A DNA stretch of 64,000 bases from Octopus sinensis (taxonomy: Eukaryota), in NCBI RefSeq assembly GCF_006345805.1, contig NC_043000.1, positions 129,518,001 through 129,582,000 of the forward strand, read 5' to 3'. Position numbers and translations under genes: made by a program. The notes under the pieces are model-generated. The model made no database searches and was not told the DNA's origin. It worked only from the letters and a program-made list of their open reading frames with translations. Below, piece after piece: positions 37,525-50,116 of the stretch. Within the stretch, counting starts at the first letter, position 1. Each line of letters opens with the position of its first letter.

Positions 37525-37698
37525 GGCGTAGGAGTGGCTTTGTGGTAGCTTGCTTATGAACGACATGGTTCCGGGTTCAGACCCACTGCGTGGCACCTTG
37601 GGCAAATGTCTTCTACTATAGCCTCGGGTCGACCAAAACATTGTGAGTGGATTTGGTAGACGGAAACTGAAAGAAGCCCGTAGTATATATGTATATAC
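37525..37698 (+). mobile_element. SINE family B 5' half
   Basis: GGCGTAGGAGTGGCTTTGTGG...CACCTTGGGCAAATGTCTTCTACTATAGCC...GAAAGAAGCCCG. Confidence 0.9.
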
Positions 37699-37769
37699 AC
37701 GAAAGTTCTATATTTATCTCCTTGCCTCCCCCTTTTCCGTCTCATCTCCCTCTCTCTCTTTCTCTTTCT

Positions 37770-38053
37770 CTGGGGGTGCAGAGGATTCGCAATTTAGACT
37801 AGGGTCGAAAGCTTGCCACACCATAGTGGGTTACACCATGGTTCCTCTGCTTTGTGGTAGAAGTAGGAAGAAAGAGTGAGAGAAAGTTGTGGTGAAAGAG
37901 TACAGCGGGGTTCACCGCCCCCCCTCCGCCGGAGCCTCGTGGAGCTTAGGTATTTTTGCTCAATAAACACTCACAATGCCCGGTCTGGGAATCGAAATCG
38001 CGTTCTTAAGACCGCCAGTCCGCTGCCCTAACCACTGGGCTATTGCGTCTCCA
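37770..38053 (-). mobile_element. SINE family C
   Basis: Alignable to 5037-5320. Confidence 0.85.
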
Positions 38054-38340
38054 CTGTTGCTGTTGTTGTTGCTTAGCCCTAGGTTACTTTAACCAAGTGG
38101 ACCTATGGATGAAGAGTAACCTAGTGGCTATCCTGTTTCTAACCAATGTACAACAAATCCAGAGCATTAGCCTATGTATCCTTTTTTAAGACGGGTGTAA
38201 TTTGAGTAAGATTTGGCGGCTATTACCAAGAGATCTTTTAACCACGTAGAGGTTCTCTTGTTTATTCAAAGTTGGTCTTTTTGTTAAATATTTTTGAACA
38301 AATTTCATACAGACAAAGATAGTGGAAGAGAAAACTATAA

Positions 38341-38440
<100 letters not shown>

Positions 38441-39068
38441 TAGTGGCGGGAGGAGAGGGACAGAGAGTGATAAAAAGTAGGAAAGCGAAGTGGAGAGAAG
38501 TAGGGAGGAATAGAGAAAGAAGATGAGAAGGCGAAAGGGAGGGAGAGAAGGCAAGAGAGAGAGACAGGTAGAAACGAGATTGAGAGGGGTGGAACGAGGA
38601 AGAGAAGGAAAGGGTGAAAAAGGGGGAGAGAGAAGTTATATATAAAGCGAGTGGGGACAGACTGAAATACAAAAATTTATAAAATTGAACAAGTAAGATA
38701 AATATGGAAAATGGATATTAAATATACAACAAACATGAAGGGCGAGAAGATTGAAATAGAAAGAGAAGAGTAGTGAGAGGTAGAGCTAAGAAGAGAAGGA
38801 AAAAGAATACAAGGAGGTTGGAAGAATTAATGGAAAGATTAATTGGAAACTGTCAAGATGAAGGTATTGTTTAAATAATCAGACACTCAAAACATATATA
38901 TATATATACAAACATGCATGAGTGTATGTATATATGTATGTATGTATATGATATATGCATACATATGCAGACATATATGCATATGCTCACATATATAAAC
39001 GTGTGCATATGCTCACATATATAAACATTACATACTTATATATGCTTATATATAAATATGTAAAATGC

Positions 39069-39105
<37 letters not shown>

Positions 39106-39607
39106 CAATATTGATAGAAATGGCAAGACAACAAAAGAAAGAGACCTCGTAATCGTCACATATATTTACAGATATATGTATGTAATATGCATATATATAT
39201 ATATGTGTGTGTGTGTGTATATATGGACACTGACAGTTCCTGAGGCAACCCCGAGCGAAATAGAAATTGTTATGAATAACACACACACACACACACACAC
39301 ATACACACACACGTTATGCAGACATGTATGGAAGCATGACCAGCATACATACATGTGCATCTATACATACTCATATCTAGTCATGTCTATATTCTCAAAC
39401 GTAAGTAAACAACAAACATTTAGTCACACGCACACACACGCACACAGGAGTATATACACTTCCAACACACTAACAGTGCGTATTCACAGGCAATCAGACA
39501 AAACCTCGCCTCACACACGTACAGACACCAAAGCGTAATAAGATTTCACAGAAAAGCATATATATACTCGGGTGTAAACACAAATAATTACAAAGATGTG
39601 TGTGTGT

Positions 39608-39755
39608 ATGGCTGTGTGTGTCTGGAAATTTTCTTCTTAAACCACATGGTCGTAGGTTCAGTCTCACTGCGTGAGCACCTTGGGCAGGTGTTTTCTACTA
39701 TAGCCTCGGGTTTACCAAAGCCGTTTGAGTGGATTTGCTAGAAACTTAAAGCGTG
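39608..39755 (+). mobile_element. SINE family B 5' half; the matching 3' half is probably 40200-40411
   Basis: CACCTTGGGCAGGTGTTTTCTACTATAGCC. The halves are separated by microsatellites and a PLE-like insert. Confidence 0.75.
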
Positions 39756-39757
39756 TC

Positions 39758-39795
<38 letters not shown>

Positions 39796-39797
<2 letters not shown>

Positions 39798-39903
39798 TCG
39801 AAACGTCAAACCCTCCTTCTTCCCTTCTTTCCTGAACGTCCAATAATACTTTATTTGTTCCACATCCTTGCGTTGTTGTCTTTTTGTTTTCTTGTTTGGA
39901 TTA

Positions 39904-39908
<5 letters not shown>
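39796..39908 (+). mobile_element. 5'-truncated PLE-like terminal repeat in (TA)n
   Basis: Begins GCTC-GAAAC-GTC-AAAC (3' half of a hammerhead with GUC); same family as 43525-43720. Confidence 0.65.
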
Positions 39909-39987
<79 letters not shown>

Positions 39988-40199
39988 CATGTGTGTGCGT
40001 GTGTGTGTGTATGTATTTTAAATTCATAATAGAAGGGTAAAATTTATTAATTAAATTAATTAATTTAAATTAATGGAGATTCGTATAGTAGTAGAAAAGG
40101 AATTTTTAACTCCTATTTCTAATTTCGGTATGTGGTGAAGTAGTTAGCTGAACCCTAATTATAATTATATGTGTGTGCGTGTGTGTGCGTGCGTGCGTG

Positions 40200-40411
40200 T
40201 GTGTGTGTCAGTGTTTGTCCCCTGCCACCGCTTTACAACCGGCGCTGGTATGTTTCCGTTCCCGTAATATAGTGGTTCGGTGAAAGAGAGCGTGAGAATA
40301 AATATCAGGTTTTAAAAAATCAAGTCCTCGGGTCGATTCGTTGGACTAAATTTCTTCAATGCGATGCTCCAGCATGGCTGCTGTCTAATGACTTAAACAA
40401 GTAAAAGATAC
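40200..40411 (+). mobile_element. SINE family B 3' half
   Basis: GTTTGTCCCC...GATGCTCCAGCATGGCTGCTGTCTAATGACTTAAACAAGTAAAAGA. Confidence 0.8.
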
Positions 40412-41150
40412 ATACATATACATACATATATACACCTCAACGCGTTTATATTCTCATACAGAGACAAAATATCATTTCATTACATAAACACTCATGTTCG
40501 GGTGTGGGAGTGGGCTCTTAGAAAGGTCACGGTCTGTCTTTGACCTCCCCACTTTCACTAAGCTATTAAAAGTATAACCATATAGACACATATATTCAAT
40601 CAATAAAAACGTATTGCGTAATCAATATACTAGCAATGAAAACTCACTGAAATATATTCTATAGAAACGTATACATTTATGCATACGTATTTTATATTTC
40701 AAGTTACCCTCCCGCTCTCCTTTTCGCGCATACAGGCACATATACAGAAACATTCACCCACACACACACTCTATTGCTATATAACTTACACTCAAACAGA
40801 AGTTATAAAATTCATGTTTGCACTTGCGTACACACATCCAAATTCAATCTGACTATAGACACAGCAAATAAGTAAATCCTCCCCCAGTTTTACATTTCAT
40901 ATCTTATTCAATCGGCTGGAGAATGATAGGAAACTTAAAAGAGGTAGCCTGAATGAAAGAACTAAGCCATAATTTCACGAAACAGCTTGCGGTCATAAAA
41001 TGCTGATTGCATGACATTTATGTCTATCAACCGGGTATTGATGGCTCTCATATCACTACATGGCACTTTTGGCAAGTGTCTTCTACTATAACCCTGGGCT
41101 GACCAAAGCCAGGCGAGTAAATATGATATATGGAAAGTGAAATAAGTTCG

Positions 41151-41184
<34 letters not shown>

Positions 41185-41637
41185 CTCAAAGAAAGTTACA
41201 ACAGTTGTATATTGTAAAACATCACTGTCACCACTACTACATGAACCTGAAAATTGCATAGTTTAATGCAAGAAAGTACTAGTTCAATCAGAATGGACAT
41301 TTAATATTCTATCATTTTATTATATTATATTATCATATACTATATTATTATAAGATTGTAAATAAAACGTGACAATCAAAGTTGGAATTTCTTTGAGTAA
41401 TATATTCTTTCATACACAATCATACACACCTGTGTATATATATATAGATAGATAAACACATACCAGTGGCGTGCGATGACTTCCGGGGCTGGGCATGCAA
41501 TGAATTTCTTTGCCCCCCCCCCCCCGGGGGCAATTTTTCAGTAAAAAAAATTTTCGAATTCCTACGATTTACATATGGGAGATTCTGAATATGTAATCAC
41601 CCCCGTATGACCTAGAATAAAAAAAAAACGTCGCTCT

Positions 41638-41872
41638 GGTACTATTTAAGAAGAGTGGTCCCGTTGCGCGCGCTCGCGCATCCGCGCTGGCTAGTCGTGA
41701 CTAGTCGATCCTACGACTATCTAACAAAGTAAATAAATTTTTAAAACAAAATATATAAAACACAAAGTAAATAATGTTTTTAACAAAGTAAATAAAACAC
41801 AAAGTAAGGATCGACTAGTCACGACTAGCTGGCGTGGATGCTCGAGTGGGACCACTCTTCTTAAATAGTACC
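41638..41872. mobile_element. MITE nested in the hAT element (about 70-bp TIRs, AT-rich core)
   Basis: GGTACTATTTAAGAAGAGTGGTCCC...CTAGTCGTGACTAGTCGATCCT with its reverse complement at 41807-41872. Core of ACAAAGTAAATAA-like repeats; no TSD. Confidence 0.85.
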
Positions 41873-41874
41873 CA

Positions 41875-42765
41875 TGATTTTTAAATTGTTTGCAATACTC
41901 ATCAAATTTGTTGAAATTCGAAAGTTCCATGAATTTAAACTCTTCTGAGGATGAATATCGTGCTTTTATTTGGTCAACTATTGTACTGATAATTTTGTTA
42001 TAAAGCATTTTATAATGTCGTTGGGGCTCAATAGATATAGTCTTGGATCTCTGAATTCCGATTCCTGCATCGACTCCATATTTTTCCCCCCGGGTTCAGT
42101 TCCACTGCGTGGCACCTTGGGCAAGGGTCTTCTACTATAGTCTCGGGCCGACCAAAGCCTTGTGAGTGGATTTGGTAGACGGAAACTGAAAGAAGCCCGT
42201 GGTATATATGTATATATATGCGTGTGTGTGTTTGTGCGTCTGTGTTTGTTCCCCTAGCATTGCTTGGCAACCGATGCTGGTGTGTTTATGTCCCCGTTAC
42301 TTAGCGGTTCGGCAAAATAGACCGATAGAATAAGTCCCAGGGTCGAGTTGCTCGATTAAAGGCGGTGCTCGAGCATGGCCGCAGTCAAATGACTGAAACA
42401 ACTAAAAGAGATTGAAAAATTATCAAGTTTGTTTTCGAGTACAGTTCTAGTTTTATCTATTTGATCTTTACAATACACTATGTTATGACTTTTACTCTGG
42501 AGGATGTTAAATATGAAAAAAGAAAAAATCTCACTGAATACTTCTAACAAAAATAAGAAATCAGGAGCTTTTAAAGTTTGTAAGAATCCAATTGCTGAAT
42601 TTATGGTGGTATCATCCCATGCTTCAGGATTTTCAATGATGTGCTCAAAAAGGCTGATTATGAAATGATAATTTTTACTTTGTGGTAATAATAAGCCGTG
42701 AGGCTGTTGCCTTCGGAAATCTTTTTTTAACAATGTTATCTAATGCATTAGCCCTTTTCGGTGTT
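41875..42765 (-). pseudogene. hAT transposase remnant (ZMYM1-like), interrupted by a SINE
   Basis: KRANALDNIV(K)KRFP...SR (degenerate TRW motif), FLFLLEVFSEIF...ILQSKS, LYNKIISTIVDQIKARY; frameshifted. Confidence 0.85.
42090..42410 (+). mobile_element. 5'-truncated SINE family B inserted in the hAT transposase
   Basis: Near-consensus family B sequence splitting the transposase reading frame. Confidence 0.9.
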
Positions 42766-43484
42766 GGTCTCCCACCGATATAATTAATTTTTTTCCATCG
42801 AATTCTCCTTTCGAAAAACTATTTCTCAAAATATCGTTTATAACACATTTCACTCATTTCGTAAAATATACGAAAATATACGAACACACGTGGAAGCGCC
42901 GGCGTAAATTGTAAGTCAATTTCAACAAAACAGAAAGATACAGAAAGTGGGTATCATGCGGTCAGCTCATAGCATGACATTCCACTGAGAGAAAGAGGAA
43001 GGGGGTACAAAATATTACGAACAACCTTTCCTCCTAGCATCTGTTTTATCAATTCACTAAAAGAGAGAGAGGAAGGAGGGACAAACTAAGAGACAGAGAG
43101 GGAGGTCATGCGGGTCGTCCCACAGCATAGCCACTAAAAGAAAGAGGAAGGGGGTAAAAATATTTCAAATGCCCTATCCTCTTAGCATGTCTTTTAAACA
43201 GTCACTAAGAGAGAGAGAGAGAGGAAGGAAGGACAAACTGAGACAGCGAGGGAGTGTCTAACATGCTGGTCTTGTCAATGCATGACTTCTAAAAGCAGAA
43301 GTAGAGTCACTGAGAGGGAAGGGGAGACAAAATACAACTGGACGGATTTTCTTTGAAACAAAGTAACTATTTTATCTAATTTTCCGATCATATGGATAAA
43401 AAAATCACAGGGCATGCAACGCATACCTTGCATACCTGAGAGTGCACGCCCCTGACACATACATACATACACACATACATATGT

Positions 43485-43517
<33 letters not shown>

Positions 43518-43524
43518 CAATCCA

Positions 43525-43720
43525 AACATGAACAAGCAAGAAAAACAACAATGCAACGACGTGGAATCAGTACAGTGTTATTGGACGCTCAGGAAAGAAA
43601 AGAAAGAGGATTTCACGTTTCGAGCAGAGCTCTTCGTCAGAAATATAGAAATAGTTCAAAGTAGGGAAGACGGAGAAAGAAAATCGCCAACGATACACAC
43701 GCAGTCACAATGTATGTATA
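43525..43720 (-). mobile_element. PLE-like terminal repeat with hammerhead motif (inactivating GUG triplet)
   Basis: Minus strand ATTT-CTGACGA-A-GAGC-TCT-GCTC-GAAAC-GTG-AAAT at 43610-43644. Confidence 0.7.
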
Positions 43721-44246
43721 TGTAAATGTATGTGTGTGTGTTAGTGTGTGTGCATGCGTGTATGTATATATTTTGATTTTGATTTTCCAGTTTCAGCTAA
43801 TGAGCTGTGGCCATGCTGGGGCACCGCCATTTATATATAGCACACTTACGTAATGAATTAAGCCGAGAAAAGTCACCCCTATCAACTGCTCTGGCGTATT
43901 AAACATATACAAAACTTCCGGTAGTTGCATATAGAGTTGAAGTATTGTAAAGATCACGACTACTTTTTTTTCCCATCTTTACCGAAATGGAAATTAAAAT
44001 TTAAAAATAAGTATTTGAGAAGAAAAGGGGAAAAAGAAAACCACAGAAAAAGTAATAGTGTGTGTTGTGTGAAGAATGGTAAAAATGGGAAGCATTAAGG
44101 AAATTGATGAAAAGAAGGGGAATAAGAACCGAAATAAAAATGAAAATTGTATGAGAAGACTAAATTGAGTTCAAGAATATAGTTGGATACCAATAGAGGT
44201 GAAATATGTTCCATTTTCTAAACTGATAAGATGTATATATTTATGT

Positions 44247-44335
<89 letters not shown>

Positions 44336-44884
44336 TTCACATAAACTTAATACATTTATATGTTTACACTCGCACACACACACACACACACAATCATACA
44401 TGTCGATTCTACTCATATATATTGACTATTATTATTATAACTTGACATTAGTGAACTCATTTCACCTCTACAGTAACCTAATATTATTTCTGAACGCAAT
44501 TTATTCACGTCATATATTCATTATATGATTTTGAATTTTATTCTCATTTTTATTTATACTTCGGCCATATTATTTCGATTTTCCTTTCTTATTCTTATTC
44601 TTTGACCTCTTTCTACCTCTGTGTTCTCCTCTTCTTCTTTAGTCACCGTTAGTTTTCTACTTCAAATTTCTTGTCGCTAAGAGGAAGCAACTTATTTTTA
44701 TGCATTATATATACTTCTTATAATCTCATCAGAAGCTTTGTATATTTTGTATATCGCAAAGGAGTACGTTAATGTAATTTTTTTATGATTGCTTAATTAA
44801 TATATTAACTGGGCCGGAAATCCCAGTTATACTATGAACTGACTTTTTTTACCACACACACACATACACGAACCTGTGTATATA

Positions 44885-44924
<40 letters not shown>

Positions 44925-44940
44925 TATACGCACTTATGTA

Positions 44941-45039
<99 letters not shown>

Positions 45040-45559
45040 GTCTCTGTCTCTCTCTCTCTCTCTCTATCTCTTGATAGATATATACGCGCACACTCACGCA
45101 CATATACACATCCATTTATCTATTTCTGTATCCTGTATTTACACACTGACCTAATACAAGGATTTGCTGCCCTTCTATCTCACCATGTATAAACATACAC
45201 ACTCCTTGTTACACATAGAGTGGATGATTACAACTGAATAGCGCAAGCCGAGGAATCATCAGTCATTTTACACCTACATTACCTACAGCAACTATGGTCC
45301 TCCACTTTCTTAGAATATTTCATGGTTATCAGACGATCGATTTAATTGCACGACTTTCGCAATCAAATATATCTATTAATTGATGATTAGCAGTATTGAT
45401 ATACGTATTAGACCAATGGAGACCAACTCATCTTTTGGACATGTCTATAAGAGGAATTAAACTTAGCATTATAGCTAATGTGTAAAACATAATCATAGTA
45501 TAGGGTAACAGGTGGTCGTCTGTGTCGGTATAGGGAAACCAAAACACCAAACGAACTTA

Positions 45560-45935
45560 AAATTCAGAAAAAGAACAGAAATTATCTGACTGGCAGTAGA
45601 AGGTGTTGCATGGTAGATTCCCAAAGATAGTTGCAGCAAATAGTAGTAGTGAGACATGGTTATGGCTGCAGAAAGGAAAGCTGAAGAGGGAGACAGAAAA
45701 TTTGTTAGTAGCTGCACAAGATCAAGCATTAAGGATCAATTGGATAACAGCCAAGATAGTCAAAAACCAAGTAGATTCCCAATATAGATTATGCAAATCA
45801 AAAGAGGAACGCGTTACTCATATAGTAAGTGAATGTAGCATGCGGGCACAGAAAGAATTCAAGAAAAGACATGACAATTTAGGAAATCCACTGGGAGCTA
45901 TTTAGAAAGCTAGGATTTGAACATACAGATAAATG
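45560..45935 (+). pseudogene. R4/Dong-like (restriction-like endonuclease clade) LINE fragment, post-RT zinc-knuckle region
   Basis: LHGRF...TWLWLQKGKLKRETENLLVAAQDQAL...LCKSKEERVTHIVSEC...RHD, then HWEL after a frameshift. Confidence 0.85.
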
Positions 45936-45944
45936 GCTGACGTT

Positions 45945-46290
45945 ATGTGCATCCCTGACCACGAGCAGAAGTAGTCGGGAAGTATTTTGGGGTTTTGGAT
46001 AATTCACTTCTGGAAACATGGGTTTTTCGTTCAATATCTTTAAACAAACCTTATTCAGGGACCTTTTGAGCGGGATGGGCTACTCGACCTGAAGAAAATT
46101 CTAACTGGGCCCCACTGCGAGGTCATGCGCTGGTTATTTTGATATGAGATCACCATGTCGCACACATATGGTTGTGATGCATGTGCCTGGTGTACCCTTA
46201 TCAGACGGGTAATCATGATGGGTGTACTGAGCTTCGTATATTTTACTCCAGTGTCACTTTGATGGCAAGCATTGCTCTCTCTCTCTCAAT
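45945..46290 (+). mobile_element. Retroposon 3' end of unassigned family, ending in (AAT)n
   Basis: GC-balanced block ending CTCTCTCTC-AATAATAAT. I recall it as a common octopus repeat; not verified. Confidence 0.5.
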
Positions 46291-46303
46291 AATAATAATA
46301 ATA

Positions 46304-46378
46304 AGCACATACCCAAGGCACACAGAGCTGCGCTCGGTAGTGAAGTGAAAGCACGTTATAAAAATAAAACTACTGAAT
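46304..46378 (+). mobile_element. Very short 3' end of the R4/Dong-like LINE
   Basis: Near-identical to 46975-47050 (GAGCTGCGCTCGGTAGTGAAGTGAAAGCACGTTAT...CTACTGAAT); flanked by (AAT)n. Confidence 0.85.
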
Positions 46379-46395
46379 GATAATAATAATAATAA

Positions 46396-46603
46396 TCTTT
46401 TCTACTTTAGGCACAAGGCCCGAAATATTTGGGGAGGAGTCCAGTCGATTAGATCAACCCTAGTACGCAACTGGTACTTAATTTATCGACCCTGAAAGAC
46501 AAAATCGACCTCGGCGAAATTTCAACTCAGAACGTAAAGACAAACGAAACACCGCTAAGCGTTTCGCCCGGCGTGCTAACGTTTCTGCCAGCTCGCCGCC
46601 TTT
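46396..46603 (-). mobile_element. SINE family A, tail type 2, in (AAT)n
   Basis: Head, core and tail on the minus strand. Confidence 0.85.
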
Positions 46604-46624
46604 AATAATGATGATAATAATAAG

Positions 46625-47044
46625 GCCAATAGACCAACTATAGTTGTCAGAGATCATGCAGAAAAAAAATTGCTTTTTAATTGATGTATCAATACCGCGG
46701 ATGACAACGTTTCTCTAAAAGAAATGGAAAAACTTTCAAAATACAAAGGCCTGGATATAGAGGTAACCCGAATGTGAAATCTAAAAACAGAAACAATTCC
46801 TATCACAGTGGGCGCATTAGGTATGATAAAAAATATTCAGATAGATACATAAAAAAAACACCAGGACTTACAAATATATATGACATACAGAAAATTGCAC
46901 TACTGGGCAACTGCACACATCCTACGCAAAACACTTTCAATACAGTAACCATAAGAGCATCACAGCAAACCACAGTACATACCTAAGGCATGCAGAGAGC
47001 TGCGCTCGGTAGTGAAGTGAAAGCACGTTATGAAAATAAAACTA

Positions 47045-47050
<6 letters not shown>
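46625..47050 (+). pseudogene. R4/Dong-like LINE 3' end with PD-(D/E)xK restriction-like endonuclease
   Basis: ANRP(T)IVV...FLIDVSIP...KEMEKLSKYK...IPITVGALGMIK...IQKIALLG..HILRKTLSIQ*, read across frameshifts. 3' UTR then (AAT)n. Confidence 0.9.
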
Positions 47051-47135
<85 letters not shown>

Positions 47136-47599
47136 CACCATCACTACCAACAACAACATTAACCTATAACAAAGATAACCCAAGTGGCTGCAGATACTGC
47201 ACTAAGTTCGCTGTTTCTATAAGCTATGTCCCGTCTGGCCAGGATCATCTTAACCTTGTTATTTTTCTAAGACTGCCTCGGCGTTCTATCGTGGAGTGAC
47301 GTCAATGCAAAATAAACTTATTAAGACCATTGCGAATGTCTTCCCATTGATATCAGTAGAAACCGCATGGAGCAATAAAACAGGGTCGATCGGGTGGGGT
47401 GAGGGGAGGATGGTATGAGAGAAAGAGAAAGGAAGGGAATGAAACGTTAGCGGTAAATTAGCTGTGGTGCCGAAGGGGACGGTAGCGAGACCCGTAATGG
47501 ATGTCTAGGTATGTGTGTGCGTGAGACTATACACACACATACATCATTTATGCATATATATAATTATACATACACATTATCATGAGCAAACATATATGC

Positions 47600-47681
47600 A
47601 CATCGTATATATAAATGTCGGATATATAATATATATAATATATGTATGTATGTATGTATGTATATAATAATTATATATATA

Positions 47682-47732
<51 letters not shown>

Positions 47733-48148
47733 GTATGTATGTAATACTTATACCTGCACACGTGTGTGAATGTAATATATATATATATATATGCATACAT
47801 ATGCGAAAGTAGGTATATATGAAAAATATTTTTATACGTAAATATATCTGAATTCGCGCGCACGTGCGAATCTCATACGTACATATGTCTACGGCAAATA
47901 TTTTATACCTATCTACCTGGATATAATGTCTTGTATGTATGTATGTATGTATGTATATATGTAGATAAGTAGATATATAAATGTATACAGACGCAGTTTT
48001 ACTGATGGTGAAAAAGCTTAATATATATAAATATACATGTGTATATATGCATTTGTGTGTATGTGCATATGTATAAACGTATGTGCATATGTATATATGT
48101 GTGTATTATAAATATATGCACGTATGTTTATTATGTACATGTATGCGC

Positions 48149-48197
<49 letters not shown>

Positions 48198-48520
48198 TAT
48201 ATACATATACATATATATTTATATACATATATACATATACATATATATACATACATATACATATACATGCATATACATATAATATATATATATATACATA
48301 TCATATATATTATACATATATATATATACATATACATATATATACATATACATATATACATACATATACATATATATATACATATACATAATTATATACA
48401 TATATATATATATATACATATATATATACATATATATATACATATTACATTATATAATATATATATATACATATATATACATATATATACTATACATATA
48501 CATATGCATACATATACAAC

Positions 48521-48555
<35 letters not shown>

Positions 48556-48603
48556 ATATATATATACATTATACATACATATAGATATACGTATACCATA
48601 TAC

Positions 48604-48658
<55 letters not shown>

Positions 48659-48696
48659 CAAGTGTGCGGCGTGTTGTGTGTGTATTTCTATGAAAG

Positions 48697-48739
<43 letters not shown>

Positions 48740-48780
48740 AGAGAGAGAGAGAGGGAGAGAGAGAGAGAGGAAGACAGAAA
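47600..48780. repeat. About 1.2-kb compound (TA)/(TACA)/(GA) microsatellite field
   Basis: Directly visible; source of ORFs 48018-48853. Confidence 0.95.
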
Positions 48781-48850
48781 GAAAGTAAACAAGCAGCTGA
48801 GAGGGAAAATGTACATATTAGAAAACTGTGTTGCATGTGTTATCATAGTG

Positions 48851-49044
48851 TGACTCAGAAAGACGCCATTTTGTCCGTTTGTCTTAATGTCTATTGGTTC
48901 CTCAAGATTACATATTCTGGCGCCAGCATTTTGACGTCATTGCTAGGTATAAACTGCATACGTGTGTAATTGGTGTTCAGCATTGGTGTCTTGTGTATTT
49001 TTTTTTCGGGGTTGGGGGAAAAGCTACTTTTCCTTCTGGTAAAT
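48851..49044 (+). promoter_or_regulatory. Candidate Pol II promoter and short non-coding first exon
   Basis: TGACTCA 48851, CGCCATTTT 48864, ATTGG 48893, TGGCGCCA 48918, TGACGTCA 48932, TATAAA 48948, Inr-like TCAGCA with A at 48979 (31 nt after the TATA start), donor CTG|GTAAAT after 49038. Confidence 0.3.
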
Positions 49045-49394
49045 TTCCTTACCTATAAAATTGTTCTTTACTTTTCTTTGCCGATTGTAACACGGATGAT
49101 TTCAATCTCAACATAAATCAACGAAAGTTAGGCTCATTGACTGCATTAATGTGAGAGTATGATTATACATACACACAAACATATATATTATATATTATAA
49201 TATATATATATATAATATATATATAATACATATTACATATATATATAATATATATATTGTGTGTGTGTGTGTGTAAGTGTGTGTGTTTGTATGCACATAG
49301 ATCCATTATGTATGTTTTATATACACAAGTGTATATAAAATATATATACGCACATACACATATATATAATATATATATCACACACACATTTGTA

Positions 49395-49441
<47 letters not shown>

Positions 49442-49572
49442 ATAAATTACGCACACGTACACTCACACTTATATATATATTGTGTATTTTCAGATGTATT
49501 TATATTATTATGTTACAGCACTCATACACACACACACACGGACCAAAAACAAAACACACGCAGACCTACACA

Positions 49573-49619
<47 letters not shown>

Positions 49620-49914
49620 ACATTATACACCCACACATATATATAATGATGACGAACTGACAGAATCTTCAGTGACTCACCTAAAATGGCATGCATTATT
49701 TGAATCGAATGCCTGTAGTTTGAGTTCAAATCTCGCGAACGTCAACTTTATTTTTGATTATCTCAAGACAAAGTACGTTATCGAGGAAAGAAAATAGGTT
49801 TCTTTCGAGAAGCGGTACAAAAGTATTTTCTATGATAATATAGCTATTAAGGCCAGCTTATCAGTTGACAAGAGGTTACACAAAATTTTCAAGTCTCGGG
49901 CATTTGAGCAACAA

Positions 49915-49945
<31 letters not shown>

Positions 49946-49982
49946 CATACATACATACATACATACATACATACATACATAC

Positions 49983-50016
49983 AGGAGCACTCCGACGGTT
50001 GCGACGACGAGGTTTC
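49983..50016 (-). mobile_element. 3' end of a SINE, truncated by the gap
   Basis: Reverse complement GAAACCTCGTCGTCGCAACCGTCGGAGTGCTCCT followed by (ATGT)n. I recall this as a family C subfamily tail; not verified. Confidence 0.5.
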
Positions 50017-50116
50017 NNNNNNNNNNNNNNNNNNNNNNNNNNNNNNNNNNNNNNNNNNNNNNNNNNNNNNNNNNNNNNNNNNNNNNNNNNNNNNNNNNNN
50101 NNNNNNNNNNNNNNNN
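50017..50116. other. Assembly gap (100 N, true size probably unknown)
   Basis: Exactly 100 Ns. Confidence 1.

Larger units (their letters stand above)
41464..43454 (-). mobile_element. Internally deleted hAT DNA transposon
   Basis: TIRs CAGTGGCGTGC and reverse complement CAGGGGCGTGC. Exact 8-bp TSD ACACATAC at 41456-41463 and 43455-43462. Transposase remnants inside; about 150-bp subterminal tandem repeats at 42950-43265. Confidence 0.95.

Noticed and set aside
43100-43135. Minus-strand TTTTAG|WLCCG as the missing tetraspanin CCG exon
   Set aside because: Lies in the hAT subterminal tandem repeat and reaches a stop after about 15 codons.
48018-48853. Ile/Tyr/His-rich ORFs here and at 2748, 9241, 13709, 17553, 23490, 39065, 44199, 53007 and 62104
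   Set aside because: Stop-free translations of (TA)n, (CA)n and (TACA)n microsatellites.
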